Positions 20,912-30,295 of a stretch of DNA of 64,000 bases are shown here, piece by piece; the first letter of the stretch is position 1, and the number at the start of each line of letters is the position of its first letter. Origin of the DNA: Thermoanaerobaculia bacterium (lineage in GTDB: Bacteria; Acidobacteriota; Thermoanaerobaculia; Multivoradales; Multivoraceae). A program made the translations under genes and the position numbers. The stretch covers positions 2,144,001-2,208,000 of the forward strand of contig OY762911.1 in the NCBI GenBank assembly GCA_963666565.1, in the 5' to 3' direction. The notes under the pieces were generated by a model. That model worked only from the letters and a program-made list of their open reading frames with translations, did not search any database and had not been told where the DNA came from.

Positions 20912-21377
20912 AAGTCGTCGGGTTCCGAAGGGCGGCAACCCGCTGGAGCACGGACCAACAGGAGTCGTCGTTCAAGAGTCGCAGGTAGCGGTCGTTCGCC
21001 CGGTTCTGGGCGATAGCGCCCGTTTCCCAGCGCTTGATCGTGGCCTCGCCGAGTCCGGTGATTTCGGCGAACGAGGCGCGGCTCAATCCGTGGCGTTCGC
21101 GAATCGCTCGAATCTCCCACGGTGTCAACAGGCCGAGGTGGCGGTAGACCGCCTCGGTCCGAACGCGTTCGCCGACTTCATCGATGAAGTCGAAGTCGCA
21201 GGCCTTGCAGTGCCTCACCGGGTGTCGAACGTGGAGGTCCACCGCGGCTCTACCTGAGCCGTACGTGAGCGTGTCGTCCACGATTGTCGTGGTCGTCGGC
21301 CGCTCGCAGTACGGACAGGTCAGTTCATCGAGGGCCGCGGAGTCGATCCGGCCTTCGTCGCTGTTCTGCGTCTTCAT
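20787..21377 (-). CDS. MqsA-like antitoxin (Zn ribbon + XRE HTH)
   Basis: CPYC...CKAC, GLLTPWEIRAIRERHGLSRASFA and TIKRWETGAIAQ. The last ~40 codons read through the MITE-like repeat. Confidence 0.85.
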   Translation of the reverse strand: MKTQNSDEGRIDSAALDELTCPYCERPTTTTIVDDTLTYGSGRAAVDLHVRHPVRHCKACDFDFIDEVGERVRTEAVYRHLGLLTPWEIRAIRERHGLSRASFAEITGLGEATIKRWETGAIAQNRANDRYLRLLNDDSCWSVLQRVAALRNPTTSSLPRGRGEGPSGLEASDGRRPAMDRRRREAQPTEASAISP

Positions 21378-21787
21378 GAGTGGCCTCTCTCGCTTGTGTC
21401 GGTTCGCTGGCTGGGCGGGTCGGCGAGGTGGAAACTGCGGCCGACGATCTTGCTCGCCGTGAGTTCGAGCTTGACGTAGAGCTTGGGAGAGTTCGGGCTG
21501 ATTTCAAGCTTCATGACGTAGCCCGTGGCACCCGCGGGCCGGTCCATCTCGATCATCTCCACATGCTCTCCCTGTTCAAGTCTGCTCGCGATGAACTCCC
21601 AAGCCGAGACGTCGGTGAACTGCATGTCGAAGGGCGCTTCCGGGTTGGGCACCGTGAACGGGATCCAGCGACTGGGCCGCTTTGGGGGCGTACCCAGCCT
21701 TCGGGTCCGTGGGCTCTCTGCCAAGCGGACAAGCAGTCTCCTCGTGTCGTCGTCGATCCCGCCCTGGGTTCTCGCGCCAGCCATCAT
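21374..21787 (-). CDS. Putative MqsR-like toxin
   Basis: Directly upstream of the antitoxin with an ATGA overlap. LYVKLEL...RSFH C-terminal motif as in MqsR-like RNases. Confidence 0.6.
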   Translation of the reverse strand: MMAGARTQGGIDDDTRRLLVRLAESPRTRRLGTPPKRPSRWIPFTVPNPEAPFDMQFTDVSAWEFIASRLEQGEHVEMIEMDRPAGATGYVMKLEISPNSPKLYVKLELTASKIVGRSFHLADPPSQRTDTSERGHS

Positions 21788-21810
21788 GCTCTCTCAGGCT
21801 GGCCTTCGCA

Positions 21811-21826
21811 GGGATCATATGATCCC
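21811..21826. promoter_or_regulatory. Perfect 16-bp palindrome, putative toxin-antitoxin operator
   Basis: GGGATCATATGATCCC, about 25 bp upstream of the toxin start. Confidence 0.5.
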
Positions 21827-22015
21827 GCGGGCTCGCCCGGCAAGCCGGTCTGGGGATTTGTCGGAGTCCACATGATCTCGCCCGGCTGACCCGCTGCCGG
21901 TCTGTCGACCTGCGATGGAAGAAGAAGTGCGCGGCGTCAGAGCGGGCGCCTACTGACATAGACGAAGAACGTACCCGCGTTTCGGTTCCGAGCGGACGGT
22001 CAGGGCCGCCGCCGT

Positions 22016-22196
22016 CCAGCCTGCGGAGAGGCCGGGGGGAGGGTCCAGCGGGCTGGAGGCAAGCGACGTCCGACGTCGCTACGTTCAACCGACGTCGACG
22101 TGAAGCGCAGCCGACCGAAGCGAGCGCGTCCTTCCCATCCACCCAGAGAGCGCGAGCGTCCGCTGGGACCCTCCCCCCGGCCTCTCCGCAGGCGGG
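22016..22196. mobile_element. MITE-like element, copy 2 (inverted relative to copy 1)
   Basis: Terminal inverted repeats GCCTGCGGAGAGGCCGGGGGGAGGGTCC / GGACCCTCCCCCCGGCCTCTCCGCAGGC; core shared with copy 1. Confidence 0.65.
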
Positions 22197-22270
22197 TCCC
22201 AGCCTCGGCCGCCACAACGCGTCCCAAGGCGCGAGTCGCGAAGCGACGAGCCTACGAAGCGACGAGCCTG

Positions 22271-23113
22271 CTAGGCCCGATCCCGGGCCGCCGCCAGCGC
22301 TCGCTTGCCGTAGACCTTGCCGACGTGGACGCGGTAGTCGCCGCTGGCGAAGATGTCGCCGATGGGGTCTTCGGCTTCCAGGCCGGAGGCCGCGGCGGCG
22401 ATGGCGTCGTCGGAGAGGTCGCTGCCGACGAGGCTCGAGACGTCGACCGCGGTCGGCGTGGCGGAGACGCCGCCGACGACCAGGCCGGCGGCGGTGCAGC
22501 GGCCGTCCTGGACGGTGACGGAGGCCGCGGCGCCGACGACCGCGTAGCCGGAGGCGGGGTGCTCGAACTTGAGGTAGGCGGCGCCGGCGCCCGGGGCCGG
22601 GACGTCGACGTGGGTGAGGATCTCGTCCTCGCCGACGTCGGTCATCAGCAGGTCCTGGAAGAAGTCGACCGCGGCGACGGAGCGGGCGCCGGAGGGCGAC
22701 TGCAGGTGGACGGTGGCGCCGAGCAGGACGAGCACGGGCGGCAGGTCGGAGCCGGGGTCGGCGTGGGCGATGTTGCCGCCGATCGTGCCGCGGTTGCGGA
22801 CCTGGGCGTCGCCGATGTGGCCGGCCGCTTCGGCGAGCACCGGGCAGTGGGCGGCCAGCACGTCGGAAGCCGCGATCTCGGCGTGAGTGGTCAGCGAGCC
22901 GACGCGGACCGAGCCGTTCGCCTCGGAGATGCCCCTGAGCTCGTCGAGGCGGCCGATGTCGATGACGACGGGCGGCTGCGCGAGCCGCAACTTCATCATC
23001 GGGATCAGGCTGTGGCCGCCGGCCATCAGCTTCGCGTCCTCGTGCTCCTGCAGCAGGCCGAGGGCTTCATCGACCGATCCGGCGCGACGGTAATCGAATT
23101 GGGCTGGGTACAT
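22271..23113 (-). CDS. coxM: Molybdo-flavoprotein medium (FAD) subunit, CoxM-like
   Basis: MYPAQFDY, AGGHSLIPMMKLRLA and QVRNRGTIGGNIAHADP. Confidence 0.9.
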   Translation of the reverse strand: MYPAQFDYRRAGSVDEALGLLQEHEDAKLMAGGHSLIPMMKLRLAQPPVVIDIGRLDELRGISEANGSVRVGSLTTHAEIAASDVLAAHCPVLAEAAGHIGDAQVRNRGTIGGNIAHADPGSDLPPVLVLLGATVHLQSPSGARSVAAVDFFQDLLMTDVGEDEILTHVDVPAPGAGAAYLKFEHPASGYAVVGAAASVTVQDGRCTAAGLVVGGVSATPTAVDVSSLVGSDLSDDAIAAAASGLEAEDPIGDIFASGDYRVHVGKVYGKRALAAARDRA

Positions 23114-23254
23114 GTCGGTGCTCCTGATTCGGCAGCTTCGGTTGTTCGGCTGCGGGATTCTAGAAGACTGCGCGTCGGAACGATGCTGAATCGAGGTCGG
23201 TCGCTCGGTCTTCGAGGGCGGTAGGCGTTTGGGTGGCCTGGACGGACGAGGTGG

Positions 23255-25606
23255 TTAGCTGTTGACGGCCCGCCACACCTTCTCGGGCGTGAGCGGCATG
23301 TCGATGTGGTCGATCCCGAACGGCGCGAGCGCGTCGACCACGGCGTTGACCACCGCGGCCGGCGAGGCGATCGCGCCGGCCTCGCCGACGCCCTTGACGC
23401 CCAGCGGGTTGTGCGGGCAGGGAGTCGTCGTGCGGTCGAGCTCGAACGGGATCAGGTTGTGGATCTTGGGCACGGCGTAGTCCATCAGCGAGCCGGACAC
23501 GAGCTGGCCGCTCTCGTCGTAGACCGCGTTCTCCCACAGCGCCTGGCCGATGCCCTGGGCCAGACCCCCGTGGAGCTGGCCGTCGACGATCATCGGGTTG
23601 ATCACGTTGCCGACGTCGTCGACCGCCGCGTAGCGCAGCAGTTCGATCGAGCCGGTCTCCGTGTCGACCTCGACCACGCAGACGTGGGTGCCGAAGGGGT
23701 AGGTGAAGTTCGCCGGGTCGTAGAAGCTGGTGGCCGAGAGGCCGGGCTCCAGGTCGTCCGGGTAGTTGTGGGCCAGGTAGGCCTGGAGCGCCACGTCGCC
23801 GAGAGCGAGCGCGCGGTCCGGCGAGCCAGCCACGCGGAAACTGCCGTCCTCGTACTCCAGGTCCTCGGCGGACGCTTCGAGCAGGTGGGCGGCGATCTTC
23901 TTGCCCTTCTCGATGATCTTCTCGACGCTCCGCACGATCGCCGAACCGCCCACGGCGGCGCTGCGGCTGCCGTAGGTGCCCATCCCGAACTGGACGAGGT
24001 CCGTGTCGCCGTGGATCACCTCGACCGCGTCCGGGTCGATGCCCAGCTTGTCGGCGACGATCTGCGAGAAGGTCGTCTCGTGGCCCTGGCCGTGCGACGA
24101 GGAGCCGGTGTAGACGGTGACGGAGGCGGTCGGGTGGACGCGCACGTCGGCGCTCTCCCACTGGCCGGCCTGCGCGCCGAGCGAGCCGACGACCGCCGAC
24201 GGTGCCAGCCCGCACGCCTCGATGTAGGACGAGAAGCCGATGCCGATCTGCCGCCGGCCGGCGCCGTTGCCGCGGCGCGACGCCTGCTCGCTTCGCAGGT
24301 CGTCGTAGCCGATCATCTCCAGAGCCCGGTCCATCGCCGGCCCGTAGTTGCCGGAGTCGTAGGCCAGGGCGACCTGCGTCTGGTACGGGAAGGCGTCCGG
24401 CGGCACGAAGTTGCGCCGCCGCACCTCGACCGGACCCAGGCCGGTGGCCTCGCCGGCGAGATGCATCAGCCGCTCGACGACGTAGGTGGCCTCGGGCCGG
24501 CCGGCGCCGCGGTAGGCGTCGACCGGGGCCGTGTGGGTGAAGACGCCGGTGACGTGGCAGTGGATCGCCGGGATGTCGTACTGGCCGGACATCAGCGTGC
24601 CGTACAGGTAGGTCGGCACCGCCGGCGCGAAGGTCGAGAGGTAGGCGCCCATCGCGGCCTTCGTGTCGACGCGGAGCGCGGCGATGCGGCCGTCCGCGTC
24701 GAGCGCGAGTTCGCAGTGGCTCGAGTGGTCGCGGCCGTGGGCGTCGGTGAGGTTCGTCTCGGTGCGCGTGGCCGTCCACTTGACTGGCCGGTCGAGCTTC
24801 ATCGAGCAGAGGCCGACGATCGCCTCGTCGGCGTAGTGATGGATCTTGCTGCCGAAGCCGCCTCCCACTTCGGGGGCGACGATCCGCACCTTGTGCTCGG
24901 GCATGCCGAGCGACGCGAGCGTCATCAGCAGCCGGTGGACGTGCGGGTTCTGGCTCGTCATGTGGATCGTCATCTCGCCCGTCGACGAGTCGTACGAGGC
25001 GAGCACCGCGCGCGGCTCGATCGCGTGCGGGATCAGGCGGTTGTTGCGGAGGTCGAGTTCGACCGTGTGCGCGGCCTGCGCGAAGGCGGCGTCCACGGCC
25101 TCCCGGTCGCCGATCTCCCAGTCGAAGGCGACGTTGCCGGGCGCTTCCTCGTGGACTGCGGGCGCGCCGTCCTCGAGAGCGGCGACCACGTCGGCTACGG
25201 CGTCGAGCGGCTCGTAGTCGACGGCCACGCGGTCGGCGGCGTCGCGGGCGACGTAGCGATCCTCTGCGACGACGACGGCCACCGCGTCGCCGACGTGGCG
25301 GACCGTGTCGGCGGCGATCATCGGGTGGGCCGGCTGCTTCAGGTCGGGCAGCAGCCAGCCGACGGGGACCACGCCGGGAATGCCGGCGGCCGCCACGTCG
25401 CGCGCCGTGAGCACGGCGAGAACGCCGGGCAGGGCTTCGGCGGCGGAGGCGTCGATCCCGCGGATACGGGCGTGGGCGTAGGGACTGCGCACGATCGCGG
25501 CGTGCGCCATGCCTTCGACCTTCAGGTCGTCGGTGTACTTGCCGCGGCCGGTAATGAGCGCCGGGTCCTCCCGGCGCTTGATCGAGGTGCCGAGGACGCC
25601 CGCCAT
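23255..25606 (-). CDS. coxL: Molybdopterin large subunit, form II CoxL / xanthine dehydrogenase family
   Basis: [35 protein letters not shown] (form II signature), HGQGHET and GVKGVGE. Confidence 0.9.
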   Translation of the reverse strand: MAGVLGTSIKRREDPALITGRGKYTDDLKVEGMAHAAIVRSPYAHARIRGIDASAAEALPGVLAVLTARDVAAAGIPGVVPVGWLLPDLKQPAHPMIAADTVRHVGDAVAVVVAEDRYVARDAADRVAVDYEPLDAVADVVAALEDGAPAVHEEAPGNVAFDWEIGDREAVDAAFAQAAHTVELDLRNNRLIPHAIEPRAVLASYDSSTGEMTIHMTSQNPHVHRLLMTLASLGMPEHKVRIVAPEVGGGFGSKIHHYADEAIVGLCSMKLDRPVKWTATRTETNLTDAHGRDHSSHCELALDADGRIAALRVDTKAAMGAYLSTFAPAVPTYLYGTLMSGQYDIPAIHCHVTGVFTHTAPVDAYRGAGRPEATYVVERLMHLAGEATGLGPVEVRRRNFVPPDAFPYQTQVALAYDSGNYGPAMDRALEMIGYDDLRSEQASRRGNGAGRRQIGIGFSSYIEACGLAPSAVVGSLGAQAGQWESADVRVHPTASVTVYTGSSSHGQGHETTFSQIVADKLGIDPDAVEVIHGDTDLVQFGMGTYGSRSAAVGGSAIVRSVEKIIEKGKKIAAHLLEASAEDLEYEDGSFRVAGSPDRALALGDVALQAYLAHNYPDDLEPGLSATSFYDPANFTYPFGTHVCVVEVDTETGSIELLRYAAVDDVGNVINPMIVDGQLHGGLAQGIGQALWENAVYDESGQLVSGSLMDYAVPKIHNLIPFELDRTTTPCPHNPLGVKGVGEAGAIASPAAVVNAVVDALAPFGIDHIDMPLTPEKVWRAVNS

Positions 25607-25607
25607 G

Positions 25608-26075
25608 TCAGCTCATCCTCTCGGCGGCGTACTTCACGGCCTCCACGATGTTGTGGTAGCCGGTGCAGCGGCAGATGTTGCCCTTGAGGCCCTCGCGGAT
25701 CTCCTCGTCGTTCGGGCTCGGGTTCTGCGCCAGCAAGTAGTTCGCGGAGAGGATCATGCCCGGCGTGCAGTAGCCGCACTGCAGGCCGTGCTTCTCCCAG
25801 AAGCCCTCCTGGAGCGGATGCAGCTCGCCGTTTTGGGCCAGTCCCTCGATCGTGGTCACCGAGGCGCCGTCGGCCTGCGCCGCGAGCATCGTGCAGGACT
25901 TGACCGCGTTGCCGTCGACCAGCACCGTGCAGGCGCCGCAGAGACTCGTCTCGCAGCCGATGTTGGCGCCGGTCAGGCCCAGGTCCTCGCGGAGGAAGTG
26001 GACCAGCAGGCGCCGCGGCTCGACCGCCGCCTGAACCGGCTTTCCGTTGACTTCGAGTTGAATGGACACGGTCAT
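25608..26075 (-). CDS. coxS: 2Fe-2S small subunit, CoxS-like
   Basis: [21 protein letters not shown] and GNICRCTGY. Confidence 0.92.
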   Translation of the reverse strand: MTVSIQLEVNGKPVQAAVEPRRLLVHFLREDLGLTGANIGCETSLCGACTVLVDGNAVKSCTMLAAQADGASVTTIEGLAQNGELHPLQEGFWEKHGLQCGYCTPGMILSANYLLAQNPSPNDEEIREGLKGNICRCTGYHNIVEAVKYAAERMS

Positions 26076-26106
26076 CGGTGGTTCTCTCCTTCCAGATTGG
26101 GGGACG

Positions 26107-26694
26107 TCAGGAACAGGCTCGGAGCGAGATGGCGATGGCCGCCAGCACGACCAGCGCGCCGCCGGCCAGGTACGGCCAGAGTTCCCTGGCCAGTCCGGCG
26201 GCGAAGCGGCCGGCGAAGGCGGCCTGGGAGGGGGCCTCGGCGGCCGCCGCGGCCCGCGCCGCGAGCTGCGTCTCCAGGCCCTGCAGGCCTTGGCGGGTCA
26301 GCACTTTGGCCGAACTGTCGAGAAGCCGCTGGCCGACGGCGGCGATCCGGCCGCCGACCTGGGCGTCGATCTCGTAGTGGAGCAGGGTGCCGCCGCCGTC
26401 GGCGTCCTCCAGGCGGAGCGAACCCTTGCCGTTGACGAAACCGGGGGCGCCCTTGCCGTCCATCTTCAGGTCGTAGCCGTTCGGCGGATCGAGGTCGAGC
26501 AGTTCGACCCCGCCCTCGAACACGCCCTGCACGGGCCCGACCTTCATCTTCAGCTTGCCGCGGAACCGGTTGTCGCCGACCGGGGCCATGTCCTCGCAAC
26601 CCGGCAGCGTGCGCGACAGGACCTCCGGGTCGAGGATCGCTTCCCAGACGGTCTCGCGCGGCACGGCGAGGGGGTGCGAGCCCTTGATCTTCAC
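26107..26694 (-). CDS. coxG: CoxG (SRPBCC) accessory protein with C-terminal TM anchor
   Basis: [36 protein letters not shown] and a hydrophobic tail. Confidence 0.85.
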   Translation of the reverse strand: MKIKGSHPLAVPRETVWEAILDPEVLSRTLPGCEDMAPVGDNRFRGKLKMKVGPVQGVFEGGVELLDLDPPNGYDLKMDGKGAPGFVNGKGSLRLEDADGGGTLLHYEIDAQVGGRIAAVGQRLLDSSAKVLTRQGLQGLETQLAARAAAAAEAPSQAAFAGRFAAGLARELWPYLAGGALVVLAAIAISLRACS

Positions 26695-26792
26695 GTTCCG
26701 CGGCGGCTGCGTCGCCCGATGCGGGGCGAACCGGGATGGAGTGTGGGCGCGACGGTCGGCATGACGCGGGAACTGCGAGATCTACCACAGAG

Positions 26793-27848
26793 TCAGGCCC
26801 GGACGTAGCGGACCGCCGGGTCCTGCTCGGACTCCAGTTCGCCGACGTTCTCGGCCACGAGTTCGCCGCGCTGGTAGAGGTACTCGACGTGCGCTCCGGC
26901 TTCTTCCAGGGCGAGCAGCACGGTGTAGCCGCGGACGGCGCCGAAGAGCCGGCGGCTGATGTCGGCGGTGGTCTGCGGCGCTTGGCAGGTGTCGAGGATG
27001 ACGTCCAGCCGCCGGTCGTGAGACTCGCGGATCTCGCCGACTCGCGCGGTCACGTTCTCGATCGGCTCCTCGTGGCCGCCCAGGCCGACGCTTACGCCGT
27101 CCAGCTTCTCGACCTTGCCCAGCGCATCGAGGTAGTGGCCGAGGCCCATGTTCAGCGTCAGCGACTCGGGCGACTGGTGAGGCGTGATCCGCGCCAGCAC
27201 ATGGTCGGCGGTCAGGAGGATGTCGTCGACCCGCAGGCACACCTGGCCCGGGCAGTGGCCCGGGACGTGCAGGACCTCAAGGCCGAGATCCCCGCCGTCG
27301 GCGTCCGGCACGGGTTGACCCTCGTCCAGCAGGAACTGCACCGGCACCGATCCGTAGCGCGCCTTGGGCGCCGTGTACATCGTCATCAACTGCTCGCGCT
27401 TGCCTTCCGACAGACCGGCGCGATGCAGGAACACCCGGAGCTGCTGCGAGGCGACGACGACCCGCTCCTCGTAGTGGGTCAGCACGCGCCGGTCGAGCAC
27501 ATGGATTCCGACCGGCGCCTCCGTGTGGCGGCGCACGAACTGCAGGCCGCCGAAGTGGTCCATGTGCCCGTGCGTGATCAGGATGACGTCGATGTCCGCC
27601 AAGCCGATGCGGGCGCCGAAGCGGTCCCCGATCGACTCCAGGCCCCGCACCAGGTTCTCGTTGGAGAAGTCCATGCCCGAACCGCAATCCACCAGCGTGC
27701 GCCGGGCACCGTCGTCGATCACGTACACGTTGCCGAAGAAGTTCGGGAACACCTCGAAGTTCAGCGCATACACGACCCGCCCGACCGCGCTCACAAAGCG
27801 CCGCGGCGACTCCAACTGCTTCTTCGCGCTCGATGTACCTGCCCGCAT
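26793..27848 (-). CDS. MBL-fold metallo-hydrolase
   Basis: THGHMDHFGG, PGHCPG, ADHVL and GGHE motifs. Confidence 0.88.
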   Translation of the reverse strand: MRAGTSSAKKQLESPRRFVSAVGRVVYALNFEVFPNFFGNVYVIDDGARRTLVDCGSGMDFSNENLVRGLESIGDRFGARIGLADIDVILITHGHMDHFGGLQFVRRHTEAPVGIHVLDRRVLTHYEERVVVASQQLRVFLHRAGLSEGKREQLMTMYTAPKARYGSVPVQFLLDEGQPVPDADGGDLGLEVLHVPGHCPGQVCLRVDDILLTADHVLARITPHQSPESLTLNMGLGHYLDALGKVEKLDGVSVGLGGHEEPIENVTARVGEIRESHDRRLDVILDTCQAPQTTADISRRLFGAVRGYTVLLALEEAGAHVEYLYQRGELVAENVGELESEQDPAVRYVRA

Positions 27849-27892
27849 GAAACCCCTCCCGTGAACTCGCGCAGCCTAGCCCGATGTGTTCA

Positions 27893-28065
27893 GCCTTCGC
27901 CGAGGGCCGGGGGGCGGTATCCCTGCGGACTCGGAGCGAGCGACTCCCGGCGACCCCCCATTGACCGACGACGAACCGGAGCGAGCGGAGCGAGCGCCAG
28001 CTTCCCCTTTTCCGGAGGAGCGCGAGCGGCCGCTGGGAGACCGCCCCCCGGCCCTCCGCGAAGGC
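27893..28065. mobile_element. MITE-like element, diverged copy 3
   Basis: Terminal inverted repeats GCCTTCGCCGAGGGCCGGGGGGCGGT / ACCGCCCCCCGGCCCTCCGCGAAGGC. Internal GAGCGAGCG and GAGCGCGAGCG..CGCTGGGA blocks as in copy 2. Confidence 0.55.
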
Positions 28066-28094
28066 GGGTGCCCGCCCCCGGGCCGGCCCCGCCG

Positions 28095-28610
28095 TCAGTT
28101 CGTCAGCGCCGAAACCAGCGAGTCGACCGCCCGGTCGGCGATCTCCGCCATCTCGTCGTCGTTGCGGTCCTGGATCGGGTGCCGCACGTAGACGACCTCC
28201 GGCGAGGAACCGAGCGACTTCGACTGGGACTCGGCGGCGTCCTGGAACTCGCACGAGGCGACGAACACGGACGGCAGCCCCATCTCCTCCAACTGGGTCG
28301 TGTCGTGCACACTGCACGACGTGCAGGACCCTCAGTCGGCGAGCGCTTCGATCACCGCGTCGCAACGCTGGGCGATCTCGGCGCGCAGGTCGGCCGGGGC
28401 CACCTTGGAGAAGGTGGGCTTGGTGAAGCGCAGGACGTTGGCGCCCCGGCTGGCGATCCGCTCCTCGACGCGGTCGAGGAAGACATCGCCGCGCGCCTTG
28501 GAGATGTCGAGCAAGGCGATCGTCTTGCCGCCGATGGCGTCGAGGCGCGGCGCCGCGGTGCGGGCGGCCGGCGTGGCCTCGTTCGTCGGGTCGATCAGAG
28601 TCTGGACCAT
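28095..28610 (-). CDS. UGSC-family selenoprotein (in-frame UGA at 28334-28332 read as Sec)
   Basis: The two track ORFs 28332-28610 and 28095-28310 are in one frame: ...EALAD-UGA-GSCTSCSVHDTTQ, giving the U-G-S-C motif. A hairpin follows the UGA. Confidence 0.85.
28302..28320 (-). promoter_or_regulatory. Putative bacterial SECIS hairpin
   Basis: GTCGTGCA-GTG-TGCACGAC, an 8-bp stem with a G-led loop, separated from the UGA by 11 nt. Confidence 0.6.
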
Positions 28611-28667
28611 GGGTGTCTCCTCAGTGAGTCCCCGAACGATACATGACGGCTGGTAGGGTCGCCGGCC

Positions 28668-30125
28668 ATGACCGCGACATCGTCAGCCGCCGCTCCTGCT
28701 CCGCCGGGCTTCGACCAGGGCCTGGTCGCGGTGGTCAAGAAGGACTGCCCGACGTGCCTGATGGTCGAGCCGGTCCTGGCGGAGGTCCGCCGCCATCGCC
28801 CGGTCCTCGTTCTGACCCAGGACGACCCGGCATTCCCGTCCGCCGGAGATCCCGTTCACGACGCGGACCTGACCCTGTCGCACCGCCTGGGCATCGAGAT
28901 CGTGCCGACCCTGCTGGCGCGGGACGGCGGCGCCACCTCGGCCACCGCGATCGGCTGGAACCGCGAACAGTGGCGGGACGTGACCGGCATCGGCGAGCTG
29001 GGCGCCGACCTGCCGCCGAGCCGTCCGGGCTGCGGCGCGCTGAACGTCGAGCCGCCGCACGTCGAGCGGCTCGCCGCCCTCTTCGCCGGCGGCAGCGCGC
29101 GCCGGGTCGAGCTCGGCGATCAGGAGGACGACGTCGAGGCCTGCTTCGCCCGCGGCTGGACGGACGGCCTGCCGGTCGTGCCGCCGGTGCCGGAGCGGGT
29201 CGAGCGGATGCTCGCCGGTACCCGCCGCGACCGCGCCGAGGTCCTGGGGCGCGTGGCGCCGGACTACGGCGAGTGCACGGTCGAGAAGGTTGCGGTCAAC
29301 GCCGTGATGGCGGGCTGCCGGCCGGAGTACATGCCGGTCGTCCTGGCCGCCGTCGAGGCGGCGCTGACCGAGGAGTTCAACTGGCACGGCCTGGCGGCCA
29401 CGACCTACTTCGCCGGCCCGGTCGTCGTCGTCAACGGTCCGGTGACGTCCGCCCTCGGCATGAACGCGAAGATGAACGTGCTGGGCCAGGGCAACCGGGC
29501 GAACTCGACGATCGGCCGCGCCCTGCAGCTCGTGCTGCGCAACGTCGGCGGCGCCCGGCCGGGCGAGGTCGATCGGGCGACGCTCGGCAACCCCGGCAAG
29601 CTCGGCTTCTGCTTCCCCGAGCGGGAGGAGGACTCGCCGTGGACCTCCCTGGCCACGGAGCGCGGCGTTCCCGAGGGGGAGTCCGCCGTGACGCTGTTCG
29701 CCGGAGAGGGGCCGCGCGGCGTGGTGGACCAGTTGTCCCGCCAGCCGGAGTCGCTGGCCCGCTCTCTCGCCTCGGCGCTGCTGGCGGTCGCTCACCAGAA
29801 GCTGGTCGTCGGCTTCGATGCCATGCTCGTCGTGGGCTTCGAGCACGGCAACGTGTTCCGTCGCGCGGGCTGGGACAAGACCAGGTTGCGCCAGGCGCTC
29901 GACGCGGCCCTCGTCCGTTCCGGCGCGAGTCTGGTGCGCGGCGCGGGCGCCATCGCCGAGGGCCTCCCGGAGAAGATGGCCAGCGCCCAGGTCCCGAAGT
30001 TCCGGCCCGGCGGGCTGCAGATCGTCCACGCCGGCGGCAACGCGGGCCTGTTCTCCGCCGTCATCGGCGGTTGGGTGAGCGGTCCGGTCGGCAGCCAGCC
30101 GGTCACCCGGGTCGTGGGGGACTGA
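28668..30125 (+). CDS. Thioredoxin-like CxxC domain fused to an uncharacterised GWTDGLPVVPP domain
   Basis: KKDCPTC, IEIVPTL, PGCGA, GWTDGLPVVPP, TVEKVAVNAVMAGC and GNRANSTIGRA. Divergent from the UGSC gene. Confidence 0.75.
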   Translation: MTATSSAAAPAPPGFDQGLVAVVKKDCPTCLMVEPVLAEVRRHRPVLVLTQDDPAFPSAGDPVHDADLTLSHRLGIEIVPTLLARDGGATSATAIGWNREQWRDVTGIGELGADLPPSRPGCGALNVEPPHVERLAALFAGGSARRVELGDQEDDVEACFARGWTDGLPVVPPVPERVERMLAGTRRDRAEVLGRVAPDYGECTVEKVAVNAVMAGCRPEYMPVVLAAVEAALTEEFNWHGLAATTYFAGPVVVVNGPVTSALGMNAKMNVLGQGNRANSTIGRALQLVLRNVGGARPGEVDRATLGNPGKLGFCFPEREEDSPWTSLATERGVPEGESAVTLFAGEGPRGVVDQLSRQPESLARSLASALLAVAHQKLVVGFDAMLVVGFEHGNVFRRAGWDKTRLRQALDAALVRSGASLVRGAGAIAEGLPEKMASAQVPKFRPGGLQIVHAGGNAGLFSAVIGGWVSGPVGSQPVTRVVGD

Positions 30126-30295
30126 GGCGGCCGCCTCCGCGCCGCGCGCGGTTGCGTTCCCGGCGGGTGGACTCCTAGAATCAAGGGTCCGATCATGAAA
30201 CCAGGCGCCCGCCGCCGGATCGCGCGAGACGGTCGGAATGGCGCGCCGCTTCGACGCCCCGAGGTCGCTGGACGATGGACGATGGAGAACCCGAC

